This document shows positions 56,401 to 64,000 of a stretch of DNA of 64,000 nt, in pieces. The DNA lies in the IMG/VR virus record IMGVR_UViG_3300030107_006644, positions 124,001 to 188,000 of that record, one strand, 5' to 3'. Positions within the stretch are counted from its first letter, which is position 1. Each line of letters starts with the position of its first letter. The position numbers and the translations under genes are program-made. The notes beneath the pieces are model-generated. The model did no database searches, had not been told where the DNA came from, and saw only the letters and a list, made by a program, of their open reading frames with translations.

Positions 56401-56651
56401 GTACTCACTTGAATCCTTTTGACGCCCAATCAGAACGTAGTCGCGCAACAGATCGTGCTGAAGCGAGCGCGGAAAGAATGGAAAGAATTGGGGGCCAAGA
56501 AGGTATAGATAGTATAACAGATATGATCAGTCAGCGCCGAGCAGAGCGTGGTGTGCAAGAAGGCAAAACTAAAAGTAGAATAGAAACGAAAGGTCTTTTG
56601 ACAGAAGAACAACGCCACAGGTTTATAAAACTAGCATTAATTAAAAGTTGA
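53451..56651 (+). CDS. Large probable virion-associated/internal protein
   Basis: 1066 aa; MSKLTRKQLEELIHKKLME start, KLNE linker, LLTEEQRHRFIKLA end; two CTATTTA upstream. Confidence 0.7.
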   Translation: MSKLTRKQLEELIHKKLMETSIASTNPRSARSASMPPRARNQADQRNPADEEVLSEEVGETEEFEAEETSGGDAIAMADPPSESEIEDYRPELPAERPPAEPDLERFRISRGGGGGGSGGSQQVFSRRAELTPQARDWQRYDAAIERRNTILDTFGQAESPEAAAEQFLRGLEISQEDIQGAFGGQDFRYLRTALEDQTEDIWGGISDMRTAFASQINQESSPTDRQGRSQYIANPDMQALMAKIEQGSPLDSNDTELITSRMRTLDVGDTQASPMGAWDFYEQEGLTVAGEDGRIEMRSQQDMTPLQSATKNVILNAMAGGDFQPTIGIESVPMAQYGGGPGLAVTRAVVPPGSEEYEHLQRVHDQVRRQGIHPTERQVGTDSEGRPILLAMADLNPEHFASTRQSNQNAHTIAAERAGWGAEMEDLRQYADELNDQIRSTNRRGQATEPLRQGTSIADTDFVLPMDFWHPNMNRPRTREELEGVMTSRIQRRATRDRRQIRRRAKIRRGQAAAADEGGWAQQAYTSMDRARAAAGTESGARTMASVGIKRDDDKFNESLDYSNFKPWTSQGFANLVMAERNHHKNKIDRQIAETQEQIRTKHRDRRALESKVRRVLEQKLKKKLNEAVPYGQQFVPGTLPYDYGAGGEGNWAQPANWQPTTVADTGGGGAPAAVTPPPRGRASHPLSDVIGDNQERGNLFRRWVNANYGDSLAGVFETDQRTAGLTNRRTGQPDRSLGGSGNPSNAHMQAAWDAYGDQFIRAMSATDEGADVHPNLRPSEGDAGYFSQFEMPTLTPPSEIETPETVTHTFGQADLEQHQAALDSDDQLPPSWSQQNQQTSHSPAYRDRMLRSRGGRTFGQKLADPWRRVGQQVRDTAGTYIDPEDTTNAGVARNVARGIGGAATLGLVGHHQSTEASPLGVVGSTARAIGSNIGTALTEPVRAIGNIGTRQRISGFDAETGRRTDTPAGTRTDVGAELSRIGTHLNPFDAQSERSRATDRAEASAERMERIGGQEGIDSITDMISQRRAERGVQEGKTKSRIETKGLLTEEQRHRFIKLALIKS

Positions 56652-56676
56652 CATTCTGTCATTAACGCTATATAAT
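56648..56676 (+). promoter_or_regulatory. Consensus sigma70 promoter (probably leaderless transcript)
   Basis: TTGACA(56648)-17 bp-TATAAT(56671); ATG at 56683 with no SD. Confidence 0.75.
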
Positions 56677-56682
56677 ATGTAA

Positions 56683-57153
56683 ATGAGTATTTGGTTTACT
56701 GGTAGTGGTTATGAAATCAAGTTTGACGAAATGGTCAAACAAATTGAACGCCATTTAGGCAAAAACGGCAAACTCTTTATCGGTACTGATTCTTTCTTGA
56801 CCAAAAAAAGCTGTGTTTTCGCAACAGCGATATGTCTCCACGGAGCGGATGAGCAATCAGGAGGTATTTATTTTGTTCAAAAGGTTAAAACATCTAACCG
56901 ACCCTTTCGGCACCTTATGTTACGAATCTTGACTGAGGTTGAAAAGACAGTCGACACCGCGCTTAAAATATCCTCGCTATATCCTGAAGCCGATATAGAA
57001 CTGCATTTGGATATAAGCGCGTCGAACACCGGTGCTGCAACTGCTAGGTTTTCCGATGCTTTAGCTGGATATGCAAAAAGCACAGGCTTCTCATGCAAAC
57101 TCAAACCGTACTCATGGGCCGCAGCTTCTGTGGCCGATAAACATTCAAAATAA
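56683..57153 (+). CDS. YkuK/DUF458 RNase H-like protein
   Basis: LFIGTDS, FATAICLH, RILTEVEKT, ELHLDI, KPYSWAAASVADKH. Confidence 0.85.
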   Translation: MSIWFTGSGYEIKFDEMVKQIERHLGKNGKLFIGTDSFLTKKSCVFATAICLHGADEQSGGIYFVQKVKTSNRPFRHLMLRILTEVEKTVDTALKISSLYPEADIELHLDISASNTGAATARFSDALAGYAKSTGFSCKLKPYSWAAASVADKHSK

Positions 57154-57161
57154 GAGGAACT

Positions 57162-57605
57162 ATGAATTTAGATGAAAAGAGGAAATTGCTGTATGCTGGA
57201 TATTACGAAGCTATTAACTGGGCCGAAAATGCTGGTTATGAAGTAATCGAGGGTCCGGAAGAACTAGATGCATGCTGGTCCGATGTAAAACACATAACAG
57301 TGTATTCTAGTCAAGGTGTTGAAAACAGGCTTTATTCTCTCCTACATGAATGCGGACATGCCCTAATCAGGAGAAACTGGAGTAAGTTTGAGTCCGAATA
57401 CCCCGCTCATGCTACGGCTGAACTTGACCGACGCAAGATGAAAAGTGAAAAATATAAAGCTTCCCTGATCGAAGAAGAGGTTGAAGCATGGAAGCGAGGA
57501 CGGCGTTTAGCCAAGAGGCTTGGAATATATGTCGACGATGAAAAATTTAATAAATTGAAAGCGAAATGTCTTATGAGTTATTTCACTTGGGCCGTAGAGA
57601 CGTGA
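57162..57605 (+). CDS. ImmA/IrrE-like zinc metallopeptidase
   Basis: LYSLLHECGHALI (HExxH), EEEVEAWKRG. Confidence 0.7.
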   Translation: MNLDEKRKLLYAGYYEAINWAENAGYEVIEGPEELDACWSDVKHITVYSSQGVENRLYSLLHECGHALIRRNWSKFESEYPAHATAELDRRKMKSEKYKASLIEEEVEAWKRGRRLAKRLGIYVDDEKFNKLKAKCLMSYFTWAVET

Positions 57606-57731
57606 AAAGACACAAGCTTAAAGAAAGACTTTCTTCTGTAAGAGGAAAATTAGAGCTTTTACCTGTAGTTTTCTTGTTGTCTGCTGCTATTTATACTCAC
57701 GTAATATACTACGGATATCAGCGATCAAAAA

Positions 57732-57983
57732 ATGAAAAAAAACGAAAGTCTTGGACATAGCGCAACAAAGAAATTTGGAATTGGAGATCTTGTAACGTGG
57801 AAGGACCTATCTGGTCCTCAAAAATTGGGTATAATAAAAGAAATATACACAAAAATGCAAGGAGGGAGACCCGTGGCATATGCCCGGGTTTTTCTAGTTA
57901 AAGATGACAAAAAACAATCCCTTTTGCACGAAGAAGACATAATTATTATAAAGCTACGGTTGGTTTCCAAGCGATCTCGATGA
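57732..57983 (+). CDS. GDLV-family microprotein
   Basis: FGIGDLVTW...LGIIKEI...ARVF...LRLVSK. Confidence 0.65.
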   Translation: MKKNESLGHSATKKFGIGDLVTWKDLSGPQKLGIIKEIYTKMQGGRPVAYARVFLVKDDKKQSLLHEEDIIIIKLRLVSKRSR

Positions 57984-58055
57984 GAATATCGAAATTTATG
58001 CCGCTTTGCAATCACAAATATTACTTTTTTACAACAAAGCAAACTATTTATTAAT

Positions 58056-61000
58056 ATGCGTAAGCCAAAAATTATTAACAATACAGAGGCTGATCACTCT
58101 AGCCTTATCGAATTAGCAAATCACTTTTTTCCTTTTGCTCAAAAGCAGATGGGATTTTCCGAACCCGTCACCATAGTTTTGATCTCAGACGAAGAGAACG
58201 GCGCAGACCACTTAGGAAAAACAGGATATTACAACCCTTCAGACAACAACATAGGATTGTATACTGACAGTAGGCATCCAAAAGATATTTTAAGATCTCT
58301 CGCGCATGAGTTGGTGCACCATACTCAAAATGGCAAAGGTATGTTTAATTTAGATATCGATCTTGAGCCCGGCTATGCTCAGAATGATGAACATATGCGC
58401 GAAATGGAACGTCAAGCCTATGAGCTTGGGAACATGTGCTTCAGAGACTGGGAAGATAACAACAAAGAAGAGATTCGCAAATGGGATCTTAAGGAATCTA
58501 TTCGTCAAGAACTTAGAAAAAGAATGTCTGGAACGCCGGAGATCTTAGAAGAAGGTCCTCGATGGGACAAGTTTAAAGGCGCAATGGGCTCGGCTGGCAA
58601 AGGCGTGTGGGGTGGGGTCAAGGCTGCACCGGGCGCGACTTGGAGAGGGATAAAACATTCTTGGACGGGAGATCCGGTAGCCATGAGTGCAAAACCTGCT
58701 CGGGGGCCCAAGGGAGAGTATATTCCGCGCGGCGGCCCGGGCAAGGAAAAAAAGCAATTTTTCACCGAAGAAGAACAGACCACGAGCGAATTTCCCTCCC
58801 CATTTCAGCAAAAAATCACTGAAAAGTCTGATGCAGAAGCATGGGCTAAGTGGATTATGGATTTTCAAGAACCAGCTTTAATCAAAAAAGCATTTTATAC
58901 AGTGATATACGATGAAATTCTCGGTAACGATGGGGAACCGGTCAAATTTAAGATGAATAAGAAGCTCGAAATTGCCCAGCATTACACGGCAATGTTTTAT
59001 GGACCGGATGGGCCCGGGCACGAAGAGGCACCACCTGCTGAAAGCCCAGTAGAAACTGCAGCAGATACTGCCGATGCCGATGCGGAAGAATCACCAGCAA
59101 CAGCAGAGGTCGAGGATGACTCCAGTATCTATGATGTGTCTAGAGTCATGACGCCCGGTACCGACTATGAAGATCCCATCGAGACAGGATATGGAACTTC
59201 CGTAGATGATCCAACTGCTGGAGGACTTGGTGGAGAGTGGAGAGAGCATAAGGAAATGAACAGTATGAACAAAAAACTCAGTATACGAGAAGAACTAAGA
59301 CTTCGAAGTCTTATCGCCGAAGCAACACAGAGAGTAATGCAAAAACAAAGACTGCTGAGGGAGAATTCTCAAGAAGAGTTTGGCACATCTGATGTGACTG
59401 TCGACGAGCCCTCTGCACACGGAGGTCTTGAAGATCGCGGAGAATGGACAAACCCTGTTACTGATGTTACACATGAAAACACAAGAGATGATGCTGCGGC
59501 CGATCTTCAGTTCGACACATCGACTGCTTTTGGTACATCGTATACCCAAGGCGCCGGCGGTGCACCAGTAGGAAGCTGGCTAACCAATCCAGCAATGAGA
59601 CATCCAACGGCATCTTGGACAGGGAGGCAAGAAAAGATCGCGCGGACCTTAGCCGGCGAGACTGTGACCAATCGCGACGGCAGCGTCTTTGAAATTGGCC
59701 GTGGAGATCAGAGGTTCGTTGATCGTCTGCAAAGCGGCGATTTGATGGGTACCGATTTGGGCATGGTTAGACGTGGAGAACGTATTAATCCAAATGCTTG
59801 GCGCGAAGCCTTATTGGAGGCTGGAGACGTGGGTCGTGCACTTTATGAGCAGCACGATGCCGAAGGCTGGATTAACGAAGGTGAAATTAAAGATTTTTGG
59901 CAACCAGCTTACGAAAGAGAATGGCTGTCGCAATATCGTGCGAACAACGATTATCATCGTGAAAGATTTGCTAGGCAAGAGGGGTTTCAAAGCTGGAACT
60001 CCCTGCAGGCTGCTGGTGGAGCCGACCTGTTTACAGTTACGGCTGAAGATATTGATGCTGAAATGCCTACTCGATTGGAATGGGCACAGCACCACTTAGG
60101 GCTTGGAGATATTAAATCTGCCTCTGGTGCCGGCGGACTTGCAGGCGATCCTCGATTTGATATGAGGGTTAACCCCAATCTCACACAGCAACAGGCAGAG
60201 CGCAATATGCGTATGTGGGGATATGAGCCGGAATACGTAGATCTTCCCGATGGTAGAAGGATTCCCATGGCTCTGACGAGAGAACAGGCCGACGAACAAA
60301 TTGCAGAAAACGAGTGGGGAGTCACCACGTTCTTGCGGCGAAATGTTGCAGATCCAATTGTTCAGGATATCGCTCAACAAGGCCAATTTGCTCACGATGC
60401 AATATTGCGCCCGATGTTTGGCAACGTGCAAAGCGGAGAATTTATACCCCTCTGGGCTGGCTGGGGCCTTGGTGATGATCCTATAAACCAATGGGGCCGG
60501 GATGACGTATATGGAAGCGGCCGTCAGTTCGGCGCATCGATGCCGGGAACATATAGAGATCCTCGAATGCAATCAGTTTATGCAGAATACTATGGTCCAG
60601 AAGACGCTCCTAGCGAAGATATGATTGGAAAAATGAAGCCTATGGATGAATGGAATATTCCCAACAGGGGCGCGGTGATTATGAATTCTCTTAACATGCC
60701 CGAATCATGGAAGTATGCCGCGATGTATTATGGTGGCGGTGCTGCGATGAGAGGTCTTGGGGCTTTGCGCGGCATGCCAGCAGCTGCCGGCGGAGCCGGT
60801 GCATCTGGTGGAGGCGCGGCTGGAGGTTGGCTTGGTGGCTCCGTTCCAAAATGGCTTGGGCAAATTCCCGGGCGAACACCGGGGCTATGGCGAGCACCGG
60901 GCGCCGGAGCGGTTGAGTCAGGCCTTGTTAACCTAGGTTCTCGTTTGGGACCGTGGGGAACAAGGTGGGGAACAACGCTCGGCCGATGGGGAGGATACGG

Positions 61001-63872
61001 CGCCGGTGCCGGTGCGGCCGGTAGTTTGGGAATGGGCGCGCTGGGTGTCGGTGGACATTTTGGAAGAAGCCTGATGGACGACGGGCCCGGGCTCAATCAA
61101 CTGTTTGGTATCGGAAGCGGTGTAAATTGGTTAGGAGATCAGTTAGACCCGGGCAGATCGGGCTGGGGAAGAGAAGGTTGGACAAGCGATGCTAATTTTG
61201 GCCAACCACAGCCTAAATATGAGCGCGATGAAAGCGGTGAATTTGTCAGAGATGAAAGAGGTCGACGAGTAATTGCGCGGGACGAAAACGGACTACCACA
61301 ATATGAAACAAACGAAGACGGAAGTTTAGTTTATGCGCATGATCAGTATCGTTCACTTTTAAGCCAGCCGGTGGGCAACTTGGCCGGGCTTGGAGATACA
61401 GAATATCAGCCATGGGAAAGTCCGTATGAGGCAAGGTGGGCAAGAGAAGCAGATCTTGGCGGAATGGCTGCAGCTTTTAATGCTGAAGATATACAACAAG
61501 CGGAGATGGCAACAGGTTTGCGCGCTGCTGATGCCCAAGTTCAATCATTGGAGACACAACTTCTTGGAATGGCAATGGAAAATGTGGCGGACGCGCCGGC
61601 AGATCTTGTTAATCCTGATGCTGCCATGGCATTTGCAAGCGACATGGGAGTTGACAACGCTGAAGCTGTCTCGGATCAAGCCCAAGAATATGTAGAGCGA
61701 ATTGAACGTCTTAAGCAAAACTATGGATTAACTAATGCTAGCGAAGCTGATGTTGGGCGTGTGTCCGAAGAACAAATGGCCATACTTCAGCAAAATCCGC
61801 AAAGTTTAGCAGAGTTTGAATCTGGAATGTCAGAATTAAGTGCCGGGTGGAATCAGGAAGTGACCGCACTGCTTGGACCTCAAGCAGGAAGAGAGGCCGG
61901 CGGCCAATATGCTTTTGACTTTGGAGTTACCGGTACGGGTGGAAACCAATATAGAACACCAAATATGTCTCCGGCTGCAATAGAAGATTTACTTATGAAC
62001 ATTTCGTCTAACAGGGTGTCAAATGGAAACTATACAATACCTTCGGGAATTCCATTGCCAACATTGGAAGTTACCAATGAAAATGGTGAAACAGTGGAAG
62101 TTACTGCACATTCAGACCCACATCGATGGTGGAACGCTCTTCATCAAATGCAGCAAGAGAGATTTAACAGTAATTTAGATCAGGCAATTGCAGGAGACCT
62201 CGATGAAATAATTGGCGAACGTTCTGCAGCCGGTAGTTTGGCTCGATTTATCACCGGCCAAGATGGCTTCCTAATGACTCAGGGTTCCGAGGCGCCAGTT
62301 GAAGCTGGATTGGAACAGGGCGAACGCGTTGGCCGGCGAGAGATGCTAGAAACCTATTATAATACAAGAGTCGAAGAGCATGTTGCACAGATTACAGAAA
62401 ACCGGGTTCAACAGATGGTACAATACGGTAACATGAGTGAAGACGAAGCTCAGCTACAACTTCGTGGTATGCGGGATGAGATCGTAAGAGAAGCAACTGG
62501 ATATGCTATAGATGATGTAACATTAAAAAGAATTCTTACTCCTATTCCTCCGAGTAGTCAAGACGGCACTTGGAACCCTCTAGCTGGAATAGGACAGTTT
62601 GGGTTAGGTTCTGACAATCCCGATTCGGCTGGGCCTGAAGCTGAAGCATTTAACGCCGATATGACTGTCATAGCTATGCTAAGCATGCCTTCTCATAGAG
62701 ACGCAATTCTGTCCCACGAAGATGGTCTTGGAAAAGTTGCACAACTAGCGTGGGATTACGGATTTGCTAAAAACAATCCACAATTTATAGAACAGATTTT
62801 GCCCGGACCACAATATGCACAACTGAGAAGAACAATTTCCATGGCAGCATATAGAAAGTCGCAAACTCTTCTTGCGTGGGATACTGCCGGTGAGGCGACA
62901 AATCCGAGAACGGGAGAAAGGTTGGGTAACATCGATGTTCTTTCAGAAGAATCACAGCAAGCTTTTAGCCGACTCAGGAATATTAACTGGGGACACTTTG
63001 GCTTAGTAGAGGGCTCTGATGGTTCGGCGAATCTGGGCGCATGGAGAGATTACGCTGGAAACGGACATGATCTTGACCGGCTTGGTCCGGTCGGGAACGC
63101 CACAGCAACAAATCCTGATGGCGAATTAACCGTTAACGCACAAGAAATGGTTGCACTGAATGAAGAGTTTAGCGATCTCAGCGATCTAGACCGACGAACG
63201 CCGTTGTATTCTGCTGCCTACAATGCTTTGCCGGAAGAAACACAAGACAGAATATACCAATATAGCGTAACTAGATCAGATATAATAGGTCGACAATATA
63301 AAAGGCGTGGAGAACTCCTGCAGGACGAAGGGCATGCGATCCCAAGAGCAAGACAAATGGCTGGAGCATATTACGTAGCTAGTTCCGGAGATCCGGTCTT
63401 AGATCAATTAAGAGGCGTAGGGTTCCCATCAGCAGCTATTGCAAATCAGGTTGCATTAAGACTTGTAGGCGGACAACCATTGCAGGACATTCAACTAGCT
63501 ATAAACCCGGATGGGCGAGCCGCTGCAGCGATTGAGGCAGGGCGAGGAGATTTGAATGGCCCCATATGGGTAGCAGGGGAAACGCTAGACGAAGCCCGAC
63601 AAAGTGGACAAACATTGCTGTGGGCCCCTAATCTTGAAAACTCAGCTGGAATGGGCGGTGCACTACCGCAAGGCGCAACAATCAGATTCGGCAGCAACCA
63701 GACGGGAGGCGAAACTACGCAAGCTATAGAAGTTCCGCAGGCGCCCGGGGCTGGAGCTAGCGCTGAAGATCAGGCCGAATATCGTCGACAATTGCAAGAT
63801 GCAGCGCGACAACAGGTGGGCGCACAGGGAGCCCCTAGACGCAGGGGTCGAGTTGTTGTACCGGCGAGATAA
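58056..63872 (+). CDS. Giant probable virion-associated protein with N-terminal HExxH zincin-like domain and Gly-rich segment
   Basis: GYYNP...RHPKDILRSLAHELVHHTQN...MERQAY; linkers LKESIRQEL and SIREELRLRSLIAE; CTATTTA upstream. Confidence 0.75.
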   Translation: MRKPKIINNTEADHSSLIELANHFFPFAQKQMGFSEPVTIVLISDEENGADHLGKTGYYNPSDNNIGLYTDSRHPKDILRSLAHELVHHTQNGKGMFNLDIDLEPGYAQNDEHMREMERQAYELGNMCFRDWEDNNKEEIRKWDLKESIRQELRKRMSGTPEILEEGPRWDKFKGAMGSAGKGVWGGVKAAPGATWRGIKHSWTGDPVAMSAKPARGPKGEYIPRGGPGKEKKQFFTEEEQTTSEFPSPFQQKITEKSDAEAWAKWIMDFQEPALIKKAFYTVIYDEILGNDGEPVKFKMNKKLEIAQHYTAMFYGPDGPGHEEAPPAESPVETAADTADADAEESPATAEVEDDSSIYDVSRVMTPGTDYEDPIETGYGTSVDDPTAGGLGGEWREHKEMNSMNKKLSIREELRLRSLIAEATQRVMQKQRLLRENSQEEFGTSDVTVDEPSAHGGLEDRGEWTNPVTDVTHENTRDDAAADLQFDTSTAFGTSYTQGAGGAPVGSWLTNPAMRHPTASWTGRQEKIARTLAGETVTNRDGSVFEIGRGDQRFVDRLQSGDLMGTDLGMVRRGERINPNAWREALLEAGDVGRALYEQHDAEGWINEGEIKDFWQPAYEREWLSQYRANNDYHRERFARQEGFQSWNSLQAAGGADLFTVTAEDIDAEMPTRLEWAQHHLGLGDIKSASGAGGLAGDPRFDMRVNPNLTQQQAERNMRMWGYEPEYVDLPDGRRIPMALTREQADEQIAENEWGVTTFLRRNVADPIVQDIAQQGQFAHDAILRPMFGNVQSGEFIPLWAGWGLGDDPINQWGRDDVYGSGRQFGASMPGTYRDPRMQSVYAEYYGPEDAPSEDMIGKMKPMDEWNIPNRGAVIMNSLNMPESWKYAAMYYGGGAAMRGLGALRGMPAAAGGAGASGGGAAGGWLGGSVPKWLGQIPGRTPGLWRAPGAGAVESGLVNLGSRLGPWGTRWGTTLGRWGGYGAGAGAAGSLGMGALGVGGHFGRSLMDDGPGLNQLFGIGSGVNWLGDQLDPGRSGWGREGWTSDANFGQPQPKYERDESGEFVRDERGRRVIARDENGLPQYETNEDGSLVYAHDQYRSLLSQPVGNLAGLGDTEYQPWESPYEARWAREADLGGMAAAFNAEDIQQAEMATGLRAADAQVQSLETQLLGMAMENVADAPADLVNPDAAMAFASDMGVDNAEAVSDQAQEYVERIERLKQNYGLTNASEADVGRVSEEQMAILQQNPQSLAEFESGMSELSAGWNQEVTALLGPQAGREAGGQYAFDFGVTGTGGNQYRTPNMSPAAIEDLLMNISSNRVSNGNYTIPSGIPLPTLEVTNENGETVEVTAHSDPHRWWNALHQMQQERFNSNLDQAIAGDLDEIIGERSAAGSLARFITGQDGFLMTQGSEAPVEAGLEQGERVGRREMLETYYNTRVEEHVAQITENRVQQMVQYGNMSEDEAQLQLRGMRDEIVREATGYAIDDVTLKRILTPIPPSSQDGTWNPLAGIGQFGLGSDNPDSAGPEAEAFNADMTVIAMLSMPSHRDAILSHEDGLGKVAQLAWDYGFAKNNPQFIEQILPGPQYAQLRRTISMAAYRKSQTLLAWDTAGEATNPRTGERLGNIDVLSEESQQAFSRLRNINWGHFGLVEGSDGSANLGAWRDYAGNGHDLDRLGPVGNATATNPDGELTVNAQEMVALNEEFSDLSDLDRRTPLYSAAYNALPEETQDRIYQYSVTRSDIIGRQYKRRGELLQDEGHAIPRARQMAGAYYVASSGDPVLDQLRGVGFPSAAIANQVALRLVGGQPLQDIQLAINPDGRAAAAIEAGRGDLNGPIWVAGETLDEARQSGQTLLWAPNLENSAGMGGALPQGATIRFGSNQTGGETTQAIEVPQAPGAGASAEDQAEYRRQLQDAARQQVGAQGAPRRRGRVVVPAR

Positions 63873-63972
63873 TAAGATGACGAAAGTGGTAGATGACATT
63901 TACACAATAACACACTATTTAAGATAGCAGAGATTAATAACTCAATTTTTCATTTTTTAAGGAGCAAGACAA

Positions 63973-64000
63973 ATGAGTAAAAAAACAAAATTAAACAGAA
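63973..64000 (+). CDS. Start of a probable late gene (truncated by window edge)
   Basis: CTATTTA(63915), AAGGAG SD, MSKKTKLNR. Confidence 0.5.

Noticed and set aside
1-64000. Stop-codon reassignment (alternative genetic code)
   Set aside because: Conserved genes are full length in code 11 and end at TAA, TAG and TGA; the short ORFs each have their own SD and start.

Overview
This window looks like part of a large dsDNA tailed-phage genome (jumbo-like, probably a metagenomic scaffold, with one 10-N gap at 12785-12794). All credible genes are on the + strand and read in the standard code. There are four parts. (1) 1-21.6 kb is a replication, nucleotide-metabolism and proteostasis block: DnaB-family helicase (partial), class II RNR, DnaE, dUTPase, adenine MTase, IMPDH/GMPR, a stand-alone sigma region-4 protein, ClpP, GroES, GroEL, an amidase endolysin and glutaredoxin. 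(2) 21.7-33 kb and 53.4-64 kb hold very large, probably virion-associated proteins, most preceded by a CTA(T/A/G)TTA motif; they carry M23, DUF2272/CHAP-like and HExxH domains and share helical L-x-E linker motifs. (3) 33-50 kb is an accessory/early region. It has 12 copies of a rigidly spaced triple-TTGAC promoter, a run of about 25 'MKVGDLV...LEVI' SH3/KOW-like microgenes (many joined by a ~33-nt multi-use junction repeat), a strand-polarised TTAAA(CC/GG)TT motif, a ~170-nt structured ncRNA candidate, a double CCHC zinc-knuckle protein and a MoxR/vWA-peptidase pair. (4) 50.1-50.9 kb is non-coding and strand-skewed, with an antisense sigma70 promoter and a G-quadruplex-capable tract, next to an HTH-HNH gene; it is a candidate origin or terminus. 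The most novel signal is the cassette-like microgene array and its repeated regulatory elements. All calls come from motif recognition by eye; no searches were run.
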